From an uncultured Desulfospira sp. (GTDB lineage: Bacteria > Desulfobacterota > Desulfobacteria > Desulfobacterales > Desulfobacteraceae), in NCBI GenBank assembly GCA_963663165.1, contig OY760175.1:256001-320000 (forward strand): a DNA stretch of 64,000 nt. The letters are read 5' to 3'. Within the stretch, counting starts at the first letter, position 1, and each line of letters begins with the position of its first letter. The position numbers and the translations under genes were made by a program. Under the pieces are notes generated by a model that ran no database searches, was not told the DNA's origin, and saw only the letters and a list, made by a program, of their open reading frames with translations. This document shows, one piece after another, positions 47,423 to 57,714 of this stretch.

Positions 47423-48548
47423 AAATCGGCCCTCCTGGAATAACGTTCTTTGACCAGAGTTCGCCTACTGAGTAATCTTCCAACCATGCTGAAAAGTCCT
47501 TTTCCTTCAGCCGTTTGAAAGTTGAAGCACCATCTTCACGGTTCACAACTATCGTATCTTCAATGCCAAATTGATCAATAAGTGCAGGAGATTGGGTTGC
47601 CACAATGACCTGGGTCTGTTTTGAGGCTACCTGAATTAGTTCACCAAGCACTACAATCGCCGCCGGATGCAGGCCCAGTTCCGGTTCATCTATAATAATC
47701 GTGGAAGGTGGATTCGGTTGTAATAATGCCGTGGCAAGACAGATAAAGCGAATAGAACCGTCCGATAGATGATAGGGCTGCATTGGAAAGTTCGACCCTT
47801 TCTGACGCCAACTAAGCCGGACTTTTTCCGCCTCACCAAGTTTGTGTACATCCAACTGGAAATCATCAAAGAAAGGTGTGACCATGCGGATGGCAGCAAC
47901 AATTCTCTTATAATAATCAGAATAGAATTCCTCATTTTTAAGGTGAAAGATGAACGGGGCAATATTTGCAGCATCTCCCCTTAGTTTATGATAGTCTTCA
48001 ACGATCTCTGAGCGTCGCATGGGAGATGACGCACTGGTATCATGAAAGTGGTAGACCATCCAATTGGAAATGGATTCATAAACGAAATGTCCTACTCCGT
48101 TCCACTGACCGTCCCTTGATTTTTCATTGCGCTCATCGTACAACCGGCTTTCTTTTGATGGACTTCCGTAAGAACGCCATTCTGTTGTGACATACTTTCG
48201 TTCTTCATTTATAAGAAAATTTTCATCGGCGGTTGGTGTGAGCTCAAACCGGTATGAATTAGAGCCCTTCGCATTACTACTGTGGGATGTAAAATCAAAC
48301 CCCATCTCAATTTTTGAGGTCACCTTTGGCCCTTCAAAAAGAAAATTATCTGCTCCTCCACGCTCAAGAATAAATTTGCTGAAATTCTTCTGCGTCATTG
48401 CCATCAACATACGAAAAATCTGAACAAAATTACTTTTTCCGGCGCCATTTGCACCAATAATTACATTGAGGTCACCCAGTTTGAATTCATTGACTTCCTT
48501 AATGGATTTGAATCCCTTAACTGTCAGTTTCTCTAAAGCACCTCTCAT
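47415..48548 (-). CDS. ABC/AAA_21-type ATPase
   Basis: GFKSI, Walker A GANGAGKS, YHFHDT, signature LSDGS, Walker B IIIDEPELGLHP, ATQS; overlaps the DUF4276 gene. Confidence 0.92.
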   Translation of the reverse strand: MRGALEKLTVKGFKSIKEVNEFKLGDLNVIIGANGAGKSNFVQIFRMLMAMTQKNFSKFILERGGADNFLFEGPKVTSKIEMGFDFTSHSSNAKGSNSYRFELTPTADENFLINEERKYVTTEWRSYGSPSKESRLYDERNEKSRDGQWNGVGHFVYESISNWMVYHFHDTSASSPMRRSEIVEDYHKLRGDAANIAPFIFHLKNEEFYSDYYKRIVAAIRMVTPFFDDFQLDVHKLGEAEKVRLSWRQKGSNFPMQPYHLSDGSIRFICLATALLQPNPPSTIIIDEPELGLHPAAIVVLGELIQVASKQTQVIVATQSPALIDQFGIEDTIVVNREDGASTFKRLKEKDFSAWLEDYSVGELWSKNVIPGGPIYE

Positions 48549-48963
48549 GGCATGCTCCTCAAAACATTTCTTTGTATTCCGTATATTCTATGGTCCATTC
48601 TATCTTCCAGCCTCTGGATTCTATATTTTCCTATCACCAATCTTCATTTAGATACTTTTTGAGTTGTCCTATAGTATTCATTGATTGGTGCTTGCATATA
48701 TAACCATCGGTCCTCAAAATGGTCCATATAAGAATCCTCAGGAGTGTTTATATATTAAGCATTCTCGAAGTTTGCAACTTACAAAGGCTCATTTTTCCAA
48801 TCCCAAAACAAGATCTTTCACAATAGGCAAGAACCATATCTATGTCAAAGGATTTCAATTGATTCTTAAGCTGCACGGGTTTCAGCTCTGTCTGTCTCTT
48901 CTTTTTTGTTTTCGCTCCAGGTATCCCAGGTCTCCCGGTCCCGATTTATTTTTTCATGGTTTC

Positions 48964-49821
48964 TTATGGCATGGGCCATGTTGAACCTATGCCAAAACTG
49001 CTTTTTATTTTGTCGATGGTTACAAGGTCTGGTTTAAAAGGTATCGTTGGCGCTTTGGGTACAGGCAGTTCATGGGTAGACCTGAACGGCGTGTCTTTAA
49101 TTTTCATGTTATATGCCATGACCATCAGCGTTTCCAGGTTAACAACGTCTTCGATATTATAGGCCAGGAGGGTTTCTAACGCTTTTTCATTTTTGTTTTG
49201 CTGATAGTCAAGCCACAAGAGAACGGCAAAATAACCGTCAACGCCGTCCAAGTCTCCACGATCGATATCCAATGCCTTTTCACAGCACTTCAAACCGCCC
49301 GAGTACCCTAAACTTTTTAAAACATATCTCAAATCTATATGGGCATGGTCCAGACTGATACCAAACTGCCCTTCGATAAACGGCACATCAAAGGTTTTTC
49401 CATTGTAAGTGATGATGACATTGTAATTACGGATTTCTTTTATGAAATCTTCAAGATTATGTCCTTGTATGAAGTATTGTATTTTTTTCCCGTCGTAGAG
49501 TGCAATGGTTGTAATCTCAAAACCGTAAAGCCCAAGACCCGTTGTCTCTATATCGATGTAAGCGGTTGAGTCACGGAATTCTTTGAATAATCTCCAGTGT
49601 TCCTTGGCCGGTAAAAGATTTGCAAAATAGGCCGGGTCATTGTTTTCAAGACGTTCAGCAGACTTTTTTATGTATGCCATTATGGTCTCAAATCTTTTGG
49701 GGGGAATTCTACAGTCATTATCAGGGGCAGCGTCCTGCCAGTCTAATAAGCCGGAACGCCATAACTGCAGTTCAGTCTTATCTCCGATACCTGGTATGTG
49801 TTGAAATGAATTTCTCAGCAT
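48964..49821 (-). CDS. YprB-like RNase H-fold 3'-5' exonuclease with N-terminal HhH motif
   Basis: HIPGIG, YIDIETTGL, TYNGKTFDVPF, HIDL, GGLK, YNIEDV. Confidence 0.9.
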   Translation of the reverse strand: MLRNSFQHIPGIGDKTELQLWRSGLLDWQDAAPDNDCRIPPKRFETIMAYIKKSAERLENNDPAYFANLLPAKEHWRLFKEFRDSTAYIDIETTGLGLYGFEITTIALYDGKKIQYFIQGHNLEDFIKEIRNYNVIITYNGKTFDVPFIEGQFGISLDHAHIDLRYVLKSLGYSGGLKCCEKALDIDRGDLDGVDGYFAVLLWLDYQQNKNEKALETLLAYNIEDVVNLETLMVMAYNMKIKDTPFRSTHELPVPKAPTIPFKPDLVTIDKIKSSFGIGSTWPMP

Positions 49822-49882
49822 GGTTTATTTCCTCCAGGGGACAACACTTTCCCGCATCTGTTTTAGCAGCCGGAAAAGAACA

Positions 49883-50329
49883 TTAAACTTCCTCTCGGAT
49901 CACTTTATCGCCCACCGTCTCAATGAGTTGATCCAATATCATCGCATCATGGCTGTCGATTTGCTTCCAGGAATTTCGAAGGACCTGATGGCCCATGGCA
50001 TCAAAATTTATGGCCGAGACCACAACTTCCGTATATTTCAGCCTCGGATCTCCTTTATGGTACGGCCAGACTTCAAAAATACGCAGGTCAGCTGTCTTCA
50101 ATATGAATTTTTCACAAATCCGGGGGATGATATATTCAATACAGTTGGAGGTCGGAACCCCCGTGTTGTCGCCCTGATCTATCAAAAGCATCCAGGTCGC
50201 TTTGGTGGTTGCCTCATGGGCGAGAATCAAATGGCAAAAGGAATCCATTAAACGGGGATCATTTTGTTCTTTTTCGGTCCCGGCACCTTTCCAGCTGTAA
50301 ATAGACGAATAAGTTATTTTAAAATACAT
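49883..50329 (-). CDS. Hypothetical protein (148 aa)
   Basis: Clean ORF co-oriented between neighbours; DNTGVPTSNCIE motif; family not recognised. Confidence 0.6.
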   Translation of the reverse strand: MYFKITYSSIYSWKGAGTEKEQNDPRLMDSFCHLILAHEATTKATWMLLIDQGDNTGVPTSNCIEYIIPRICEKFILKTADLRIFEVWPYHKGDPRLKYTEVVVSAINFDAMGHQVLRNSWKQIDSHDAMILDQLIETVGDKVIREEV

Positions 50330-50344
50330 AGTGAATCTGAATTT

Positions 50345-50542
50345 TTAAGCGTGAATAACCTTAACCCTTCCAACAAGGCCATTTTCCAGTCTAACTTTTA
50401 TACCGTGGGGATGGAAAGGTGATTTTGTTAAAATCGTTTTTACGACGCCTTGGGTCAGGACCCCTGTTCTTTGGTCTTTTTTTAATACAATGGAAACGGT
50501 TTGCCCGGGTTTAATTTGTGTTCTGTTTTGTCCGTCAGTCAT
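50345..50542 (-). CDS. YwbE / DUF2196 family protein
   Basis: IVLKKDQRTG.LT.G.V..ILT.S..HPHGIKVRL..G.VGRV. Confidence 0.92.
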   Translation of the reverse strand: MTDGQNRTQIKPGQTVSIVLKKDQRTGVLTQGVVKTILTKSPFHPHGIKVRLENGLVGRVKVIHA

Positions 50543-50767
50543 TATCCTTTTTATCCTCTATCTATGAATTTCTAATACATTTTAAACTGGATACTATTTA
50601 ATGCAAGAGCAAGAATACAGGCAGGATGATCTGCCCGGAACTTGTTCTTGCCGTATGTGCCTAAATAGGATAAGTATTACGCATTGACCCTAACTCTTTT
50701 TAAATTGTCGGCATGTCAGCCTCTTGGTTTAAAATTCTTCCATGAACCATAAGAAAGATCCCGCCAT

Positions 50768-52429
50768 ATGACCAAAATCCAGCAATATGAGCCCTGGCTG
50801 TTCGGGGCAATGGTTGTGTTGTTTATTATTCCCCTCTGGGTTTATCCTTATATCCCTACCCAGGACGGCCCGGCCCATCTGTTCAATGCCCATCTGATCA
50901 ATGGACTTTTGCAGGAACAAACTAACCCGATGATAGACGGGTTTTATGAACTCAATAAAGATTTTACCCCCACCTGGGTGTTTCATCTGGTTCTGGCCAA
51001 GCTTGGCCGTATGGCCGGGGTACAGACGGCTGAGCGGATCATATTGTCCATATTAATCGTCTTTCTTCCCCTGGTTACCCGTTTTGGTGTTTCAAAAATC
51101 AACCAGCCCATGGCACCGTTGGCCTGGCTTGTGTTTCCCATGAATTACAATCATCTGTTTTATTACGGGTTTTACAGCATGTGTTTTTCGGTGCCGTTCT
51201 TTGTCCTGAGCTTTACCCTGGTGCTGGAATTTTTAAAGTCCGGCAAGAAGATCTATCTGTTATGGATTATGATATCCGGGTTTTTCAGTTACTTCATGCA
51301 CATTATCAGTTTCGGGCTCCTTGGCATTGCCGTGGCCCTTTCCTGTATCGGATATGCCGTCAATTCGGTAAAGGGACAAGGCAAACTCGATGCCGGCGGA
51401 TTTGGCGGTTTTATGGTCAGCCGCTTTGTTCCGCTTTTTCTTTGCTATGTGCCGGTGATTGCGGTTGTGGTCCTTTTTCTGGGTGGAAAACAGTCTGTTT
51501 TTGTGCCGGAACTGGGGATAGGGCAGCTGGCCGGCCGGATGGCCTACCTGGTTCTTGGCGGAACCCTTTTTCCCATCCGGTTTACCGGGCTTTTTGCATT
51601 GATCAGTGTGGGGACGCTCTTTTCAGTCCTTGTGGTGTTTCTGGTTTTCCTTTTGGTCAGGCCCGGCGGGTTTAAAGGGATGCTGCCCAAAGTGATGCTG
51701 TCTGTTTTTTTTGCTTTTTGCCTGGTGCTGCTTTTTGTCCCGCAAATGTATTTTGCCACATCCCATGACAACATGCTCGGCGGCGGCTTTATCAAACACC
51801 GGATTGCATTGTTTATGATTCCTGTCCTGATTTTAGGACTTGCTTCCTGGACAAACAACCGGGACAGATTGATGAACCAATTGGGCATTTTGATCGGGTT
51901 TTCCATGATTCTCTTTTGTTTTCACCTCGCCGTGTTTTCCCATTTTAACCGGCACATCAAAGGGTACCTGTCTTTTGGCCCCCATATCGCACCTGATTCG
52001 GTGATTCTTCCCTTAAACCTGGACGGCAATGACGGTCTTACGGCCAAGGGGCCGCTGGGGGTCAGTCTCTTTTGGCGGACAGATCCCCTGCTTCATGCCT
52101 CTGACCATCTGGCCCGACAAACCCGTTCCATCAGCCTGGAAAACTATGAAGTTACCCTGGAGTATTTCCCGCTGCTGTACCGGCAGGGCATGGACCCGCT
52201 GGATTTCGGCTACACAGATGGTTCTTTTATAGATGAACATAACGGGCCATTAGAGCCATCAGCGGCATGCCGCAATTTGCTGACGCATTATGAGCAAAAA
52301 GGGTTTCCTGTCCGGTACATCCTGGCCTGGGGCAAAAACGGTTCTGATAAATTATGGAAGACGATTCATGAATCATATGCCCTGATTGCGAAAACAGACC
52401 GTGGGCAATTGTTTGAATTAAAACGATAA
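50768..52429 (+). CDS. Polytopic membrane protein, putative GT-C-type periplasmic glycosyltransferase
   Basis: About 11-12 TM segments; acidic TQDGPAH motif in the first external loop, YYGFY, H after TM5-6, soluble C-terminal domain with NYE. Function is inferred. Confidence 0.6.
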   Translation: MTKIQQYEPWLFGAMVVLFIIPLWVYPYIPTQDGPAHLFNAHLINGLLQEQTNPMIDGFYELNKDFTPTWVFHLVLAKLGRMAGVQTAERIILSILIVFLPLVTRFGVSKINQPMAPLAWLVFPMNYNHLFYYGFYSMCFSVPFFVLSFTLVLEFLKSGKKIYLLWIMISGFFSYFMHIISFGLLGIAVALSCIGYAVNSVKGQGKLDAGGFGGFMVSRFVPLFLCYVPVIAVVVLFLGGKQSVFVPELGIGQLAGRMAYLVLGGTLFPIRFTGLFALISVGTLFSVLVVFLVFLLVRPGGFKGMLPKVMLSVFFAFCLVLLFVPQMYFATSHDNMLGGGFIKHRIALFMIPVLILGLASWTNNRDRLMNQLGILIGFSMILFCFHLAVFSHFNRHIKGYLSFGPHIAPDSVILPLNLDGNDGLTAKGPLGVSLFWRTDPLLHASDHLARQTRSISLENYEVTLEYFPLLYRQGMDPLDFGYTDGSFIDEHNGPLEPSAACRNLLTHYEQKGFPVRYILAWGKNGSDKLWKTIHESYALIAKTDRGQLFELKR

Positions 52430-52473
52430 TGAATCAGGTTGCCTGAGGTTGCTATATCCTGGCGGTAAAGGCG

Positions 52474-53142
52474 TCAGTTCCAGTCTTTGCAGGGAATCCC
52501 GCCTGAAACCGCATAGGCCTTCAGCTTTGGGGTGGGGTTGACGGCCACGGCCTCATCGGCCGCTGTGATGATGGGGATATCCGAGTGATGGTCGGTATAT
52601 ACCGTGAACCGGGAACGGGGAAAATCCCGCCTTAATTCTTTAAAACAAACAGCTTTTACCCTGCCGTAACAGTTTTCGCCGGCAAGCTTTCCGGTAATGG
52701 TGCCGTAGCGGCTTATCCCTGCTTTGGTACAGATCACATCATCAAAGCCAAGGGCCTGGCCGATGATGGTGACATACAAATCAAAGCTGGCGCTCATCAG
52801 GATCAGATACCGGTTTTGGGCCTGAAGTTCCCGGATGGCTGAAAGGGCTTGGGGCCTGGCCGCCTTTGGCAAAAATGCCTTAAGAAAACCATGGGCGTAA
52901 CCCGCTGCCTGATCTTTGTGAAGCCCCCCGATCACATGGTAGAGAAAAAACCCCTTAAGCCAGGTGTTGTCCCGGACCCCGGCCTTGTGCATGAACACCG
53001 CCGCGGCCAGCAGCGGGCACCTGAACCATCTTGCCGGGCGGCGGATTAAAACATAGATCAGGAAGGCCGCATAGGTGTCTGTCCGGGTAATGGTCCCGTC
53101 TAAATCAAACACTTCCACATGGCTGAACCGGCGGTCTGTCAT
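52474..53142 (-). CDS. HAD-IB family phosphatase
   Basis: FDLDGTIT..DT, MSAS, NCYG..K, YTDHHSD.P, AVNP. Confidence 0.9.
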   Translation of the reverse strand: MTDRRFSHVEVFDLDGTITRTDTYAAFLIYVLIRRPARWFRCPLLAAAVFMHKAGVRDNTWLKGFFLYHVIGGLHKDQAAGYAHGFLKAFLPKAARPQALSAIRELQAQNRYLILMSASFDLYVTIIGQALGFDDVICTKAGISRYGTITGKLAGENCYGRVKAVCFKELRRDFPRSRFTVYTDHHSDIPIITAADEAVAVNPTPKLKAYAVSGGIPCKDWN

Positions 53143-53543
53143 GACCGTTTCCTGGACGGCCTGAAGGTGATGGTAAGGTTGCAGATAAAATTGAGCAGGA
53201 AAACAATTCCCGTGGCCAGCACCTGTGAAACCAGGTAGTAAAGCCCCAGAACAGACAGGAAAAATTTAAATATCTGTGCGTTCACAAACAGCATGATCAG
53301 GGCAAAGCCAAAATAGAATACAATGGCCCGGCCATGGTGTTCGCCTGAACTGAACACCCAGTGGTACTGGATCAGATAATTGACCATACAGCCCGTTACA
53401 AAGCCGGCAGACGTGGCAAAGATTTTGTCCATGCCTGTGGTTTCTACCAGCAGCGCCAATACCAACAGATGGACCAGCACGGCCAGGCCGCCGCTGACCA
53501 TATACCGGAAAAATTTTGTTGCGGTTTGTCTTGTGGGCAGCAA
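53139..53543 (-). CDS. GtrA family lipid-linked sugar flippase
   Basis: Four TM segments; FFRY..SG, NY....WVF, NF....TF. Confidence 0.9.
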   Translation of the reverse strand: MLPTRQTATKFFRYMVSGGLAVLVHLLVLALLVETTGMDKIFATSAGFVTGCMVNYLIQYHWVFSSGEHHGRAIVFYFGFALIMLFVNAQIFKFFLSVLGLYYLVSQVLATGIVFLLNFICNLTITFRPSRKRS

Positions 53544-53555
53544 GGCAGATGGCCT

Positions 53556-54515
53556 TTAGGAGAAATTGTTGACCAGGAAAATATGAAGCCAGGGGATGTC
53601 TACAAGGAGCAAAAAGGCAGTCCAGAGAAGAAGCCCTAAACTGAAAACAAGAAACTTCCACTCTTTATAAAGCTTTTCAGGGTTTTGAACCACCGAGTCA
53701 TCCTTGAGGCCAAGGTAGAGATACCCCATAAACAGCAAAGAGAAAAACGGATAGGTAAAGATCATTTCAATCCGGTACTTGTACAATAAAATCCCCAGAA
53801 AAAAAGCAGCGCAAAGGGCATGGAAAAATGAGGCCAGCATCAGCCGGTCCTGGGTGTAATACTTAAAGGAGGGGCGGTAGTCTTTTGAGGTTTTTTCGCC
53901 GATCTGCCGCAATTCCGCAAACCGTTTGATGGTCATGAGAAAAGATCCTCCGAACCAGTAGGCCAGCAATGCCGTTGACGGCGGAAACGGGCTGTCCAGA
54001 ACAATATACCAGCCGGCCAAAAACCGTATGGGATTGTTAAGGGCCTCGGACACCACATCCACAAAGGGCTTGTCCTTTGAGCGAAGGGGCGGGACATTAT
54101 AAATGATGCCCATGATTAACAAGGCCAGGATACTTAATAAAAAGGGGGTCCCGATGGCCCAGGCTATCCCTGAAGAGGCAAGGCACAGCAGCACATACTG
54201 GCCCATCATCAGATCAAACCGGACCAGCCCCCTGGCACAGGGCCGGTTCATTTTTTTGGGGTGCCGCCGGTCAAATTCACGGTCCAGGTACTCGTTGATG
54301 GTGTAATTGGCTGATGCTGCAAGGCTTGTGGCCAGCACGCCAAAGAAAATCGCCACAAAAAGGGACAGGCTGATCCGGTTATCCACAATCAGTGCTGCGG
54401 CAATGCCGGGAAGCATGAACACGTTTTTAAACCAATGGTCTATGCGCATGATCTGGATATATGGATTCTGGAAAAGAACAGATGCAGGGCCGGTTTTATG
54501 TGAAGTTTTAATCAT
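53556..54515 (-). CDS. UbiA-family polyprenyl-phosphate phosphoribosyltransferase
   Basis: R.DHWFKN.F, SANYTINEYLD...DRRHPKK.NRP.A.G, LRSKD.P.VD, KRFAE. Confidence 0.85.
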   Translation of the reverse strand: MIKTSHKTGPASVLFQNPYIQIMRIDHWFKNVFMLPGIAAALIVDNRISLSLFVAIFFGVLATSLAASANYTINEYLDREFDRRHPKKMNRPCARGLVRFDLMMGQYVLLCLASSGIAWAIGTPFLLSILALLIMGIIYNVPPLRSKDKPFVDVVSEALNNPIRFLAGWYIVLDSPFPPSTALLAYWFGGSFLMTIKRFAELRQIGEKTSKDYRPSFKYYTQDRLMLASFFHALCAAFFLGILLYKYRIEMIFTYPFFSLLFMGYLYLGLKDDSVVQNPEKLYKEWKFLVFSLGLLLWTAFLLLVDIPWLHIFLVNNFS

Positions 54516-54530
54516 GGGTCCTTTTATAAG

Positions 54531-55175
54531 TTAATTTTCAACGGTTCGCAATACAATATCATCGTACCGGACAAGTCCGGCCATATACCCCCAGATTCTG
54601 GGGACAATATAACCGTTCTCAGGGTCCTCAACGGTAAAATCCAGGGAAACCACCTGCCATGTGCCGATTTTGTCCATTGCCGCTTCTTGTTTGATAAAAT
54701 CGTACTTTGGGGTTTTGCGGTCCTTGTCAAATGCAACAAAGCTGATACCGGCCTTTCCTGACGGGCTGCCGATTTTCAGTTTGGCCTCATAGTGGAATTT
54801 GTCGCCCGGTTTAACCTTGACAAAGTATCCCGCATTGACGGCCCAGTCGGTTTTTTGGCTGCACGTGATCAGGAGGCAGCCGGTGCCGTTGCTGCCCTTT
54901 GGATCCTTAGAAAGCTTTGCCACCCCTTTTTCACCGGAATATATGGTGATCCAGAATCCAAACGGGTCAGCTGAATTAAAGTCGTCGATTCTGGCGTAAC
55001 CCGGACCCGGTTCGTCAATCACCGCTTCCGGGATCAGAAGGTTAAACGGCCAGTAATCGCTTAAATGAAAGGTATCAAATAAATTGATTCCCATCCGCAC
55101 TTTAATGCCGTATCCGGCGGCAAGCAAAACAAAAAGGATGACAATACCCACTAAAAAATATTTCACCATTTTCAT
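54531..55175 (-). CDS. Membrane-anchored protein with carbohydrate-binding (galactose-binding-like) domain
   Basis: N-terminal TM; VKPGDKF, W..VSLDFTV, YDDIVL pattern of CBM4/9-like beta-sandwiches. Confidence 0.6.
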   Translation of the reverse strand: MKMVKYFLVGIVILFVLLAAGYGIKVRMGINLFDTFHLSDYWPFNLLIPEAVIDEPGPGYARIDDFNSADPFGFWITIYSGEKGVAKLSKDPKGSNGTGCLLITCSQKTDWAVNAGYFVKVKPGDKFHYEAKLKIGSPSGKAGISFVAFDKDRKTPKYDFIKQEAAMDKIGTWQVVSLDFTVEDPENGYIVPRIWGYMAGLVRYDDIVLRTVEN

Positions 55176-55253
55176 AGCATATCTCCTTTCAAATTGTTTA
55201 CGATATTATTTTTACCCTCATATCAAACAGCCGGCAGAAAACCAGCCGCAAAA

Positions 55254-56429
55254 TTATTTTTGTTTTCGCCGGGTCTTCTGTATAAATTTATAGGTCAGGG
55301 AATGGGTGCGAATATAGGGCCGGATTTTGGTGACGTAAACCTTTCTTGCCAGGTAGCGGAACCGGACAATGGTGGTCAGCAGGTCGCCTTTCAGGGAATG
55401 TTTAAACAGGTAAAGGTCATAGACGTCCTCTTTTTGCGGCCGCATGTAATCCATATAAGACTTGCCGGTCATGAGGTTGAGCTGTTTGGGCGGCGCTTGA
55501 TGGTCATAATACCGCTGCATCATGTATTCAATCATAAAATGGCCCGGAGAATAATGGGCAAAGGATTCATCATATCCGGTTTTTAAGGTATATGCCCCCC
55601 CGGGAGCGGTTAAGACCAGTTCGGCAACCACAGGCTTGCCCTCAATCCACATCAGGTTGATTTCACACGCGTTCTGTGAAGAAAATGCCCGGTACAATGC
55701 CCTGTAAAAGTGATCAGACTCCTGGTTCAGCGCCACCGCACTGCCGGTTTCTTTTTTCCAGCCGGAGCTTTCGATTTTAAGGAAAATGCGATAAGCCTCC
55801 TTGAACTGCTGGCGGGATACGGCGGTCTGGAAATGAAACCCCGGCAGTTTGTTCAGTCGGTTTCGTTTGTTTCGCAATCGTTTCCGGGTGCTTTTGGACA
55901 GCTTCCCCAACATGGTTTCAAAGGGCTCCAGGAAAAAGATGTTGCAGCGGTTCACCTTTTTTTTAATGGAGCGCAGGGCCGGGACCCCGGCAAAACTTTC
56001 CATGGCAAATGATGATTTATACACCATTTTAATGCGCAGCAGATCCCAGGGCATAAGCCGGGCCAAGCGGTGATTGCCGCAAAGGGCCTGGTACAGGTCC
56101 AGTGGCGGGGACAGGCCGTCGGTTAAGATATCCCGGTAAGTTAAATGGCGGTGTTCGGGCACGCTCAATATGGTGACCCCGATTCCTTTAATCCCTATAA
56201 ATTGCCGCTTTAAAGGAATGATGGCCCTTAAATGATCCTGTTCATATATGGCAATAATAAAAAAATGGTCCGGGTTTTTTTCAAGAGCCGCAAGGTAACT
56301 CTCGTACCATTGTGGCGAATGAAAAAAATGAGTCCTGCCGGCCTTGTCAAATAGTGCCTGCCAGTCCGGCCGTATCGTCTGAAATCCTTTCATTCCCTTG
56401 AAGATACGAAGCTTGTGAATTGATGTCAT
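55254..56429 (-). CDS. GNAT acetyltransferase (CelD/BcsL, Acetyltransf_6)
   Basis: W..L, F.SPQW, IESSGWK, KTGYDE.FAHYSPG. Confidence 0.85.
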   Translation of the reverse strand: MTSIHKLRIFKGMKGFQTIRPDWQALFDKAGRTHFFHSPQWYESYLAALEKNPDHFFIIAIYEQDHLRAIIPLKRQFIGIKGIGVTILSVPEHRHLTYRDILTDGLSPPLDLYQALCGNHRLARLMPWDLLRIKMVYKSSFAMESFAGVPALRSIKKKVNRCNIFFLEPFETMLGKLSKSTRKRLRNKRNRLNKLPGFHFQTAVSRQQFKEAYRIFLKIESSGWKKETGSAVALNQESDHFYRALYRAFSSQNACEINLMWIEGKPVVAELVLTAPGGAYTLKTGYDESFAHYSPGHFMIEYMMQRYYDHQAPPKQLNLMTGKSYMDYMRPQKEDVYDLYLFKHSLKGDLLTTIVRFRYLARKVYVTKIRPYIRTHSLTYKFIQKTRRKQK

Positions 56430-56477
56430 TTACGGTTTCCCTTTAGACCTTAATTTGAACTTAGAAATAATGATGGA

Positions 56478-57674
56478 TTAATTCGCTTGCTTTTTCAGGG
56501 CGTTCAGCATACCGCGGGCCTTTGATTCAAATATAGGATTGCTTTTTACCGCGGTTTTGATCCCATTATAACATTTCTGGCCGAAAAAGGGCACCCCGTA
56601 GCGGAAAAGCGACAGTCGAAAGTTATGCCGGATGTGGGTGGCGAACCGGTGTTTGAATGCGGCTTTGCCGATGGTAAAATCGAATTCGTCCACCTGTTGC
56701 TCCAGGGCATATTCAAAAAGGTACTTAATCAGGACCTCTCCCGGTGAGTGTTTCTTCCAGCTCACATCAAAAGTCGGTTTATACCAGACAAACCGGCCGC
56801 CAAATATAAAGCCCAAATGATAGGCAATGGGGCGGCCGTTAAACAGAACCACGGAAAAGCGAAGCCAGGGGGTAGACACAAAGGCCTTTGACAGGTTCAT
56901 GAAAAAATTTTTCTGGCGGGTGTCCTTAAACTGGCTTGAATCGCCGGCCAGTGCCCTGCGCCCAATGTGCTGGGCAAAAAAAAGGGGAAAGTGGCGTTCT
57001 ATTTCCGATAATGACGTACAGTGTTGAAATTTCAGCTCTCCCATCCGGTTAAAATAGTTAAAATGCCGTTTAAGGCTTTTCTTCCTGGGGATTTTCAAGG
57101 CTTCATCAGGGTCGCTGAAAATGCAGGTGGGCGCTTCATACAGGCAGGTTTTTTGCAAGTGGTGGGAGGTGCCTGCCATTACTTTTTCCAGTATCTCAAG
57201 ATGGCATGAGGTATCGGGGATATCTGAAAAGTGCAGCACATCCCACAGGTGGCCGTGGATCATCAGCCAGTCCATAAAAGCGTTCAATACATGGGGATGA
57301 TCCGGATCAACCAGAAAATCAGAATAATCACTTTGGGCATAATCACTTTCAGCGGGTGCCCCTATAAACGCCACGACCCGCTGCCGGATGAAGCCGACCC
57401 GCCTGTCCGACACCATAAGGGGGGCAACGCCGGTCAATGCACGGTCTTCCGTCCATGCCGTCAGGATAAGCCCCTGGAACAGGTCACCATAGGTTTTCCA
57501 CCAGCACTCATGCCATTCATAGGTCTGGAAAATAGAGTGGGTTGTATTTTCTTTAGCCAGCCGGTTCCATTCATTTTTATAGGGCTTTGCCTGGGCCGGA
57601 TCCGTCAAAACAACAATATCAACCCCGTGAAGTCTGCAAACGTTTGAATTTTGATTTTTTATAGTCTGGTCCAT
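56478..57674 (-). CDS. GNAT acetyltransferase (CelD/BcsL, Acetyltransf_6)
   Basis: FQTYEW, GVAPL, SDY.DFL, HSPGEVL, FDFTIG..FK.RF. Confidence 0.87.
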   Translation of the reverse strand: MDQTIKNQNSNVCRLHGVDIVVLTDPAQAKPYKNEWNRLAKENTTHSIFQTYEWHECWWKTYGDLFQGLILTAWTEDRALTGVAPLMVSDRRVGFIRQRVVAFIGAPAESDYAQSDYSDFLVDPDHPHVLNAFMDWLMIHGHLWDVLHFSDIPDTSCHLEILEKVMAGTSHHLQKTCLYEAPTCIFSDPDEALKIPRKKSLKRHFNYFNRMGELKFQHCTSLSEIERHFPLFFAQHIGRRALAGDSSQFKDTRQKNFFMNLSKAFVSTPWLRFSVVLFNGRPIAYHLGFIFGGRFVWYKPTFDVSWKKHSPGEVLIKYLFEYALEQQVDEFDFTIGKAAFKHRFATHIRHNFRLSLFRYGVPFFGQKCYNGIKTAVKSNPIFESKARGMLNALKKQAN

Positions 57675-57714
57675 GATGCGGTTGGTTTCTCTTTTGCCCG
57701 CCGTAATGACGGCC

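Noticed and set aside
48560..48960. AT-rich stretch with short minus-strand reading frames that may be a decayed gene or an ncRNA for the ATPase cassette
   Set aside because: No recognisable family, no long inverted repeats, and no reverse transcriptase nearby, so a retron-like reading is unsupported.
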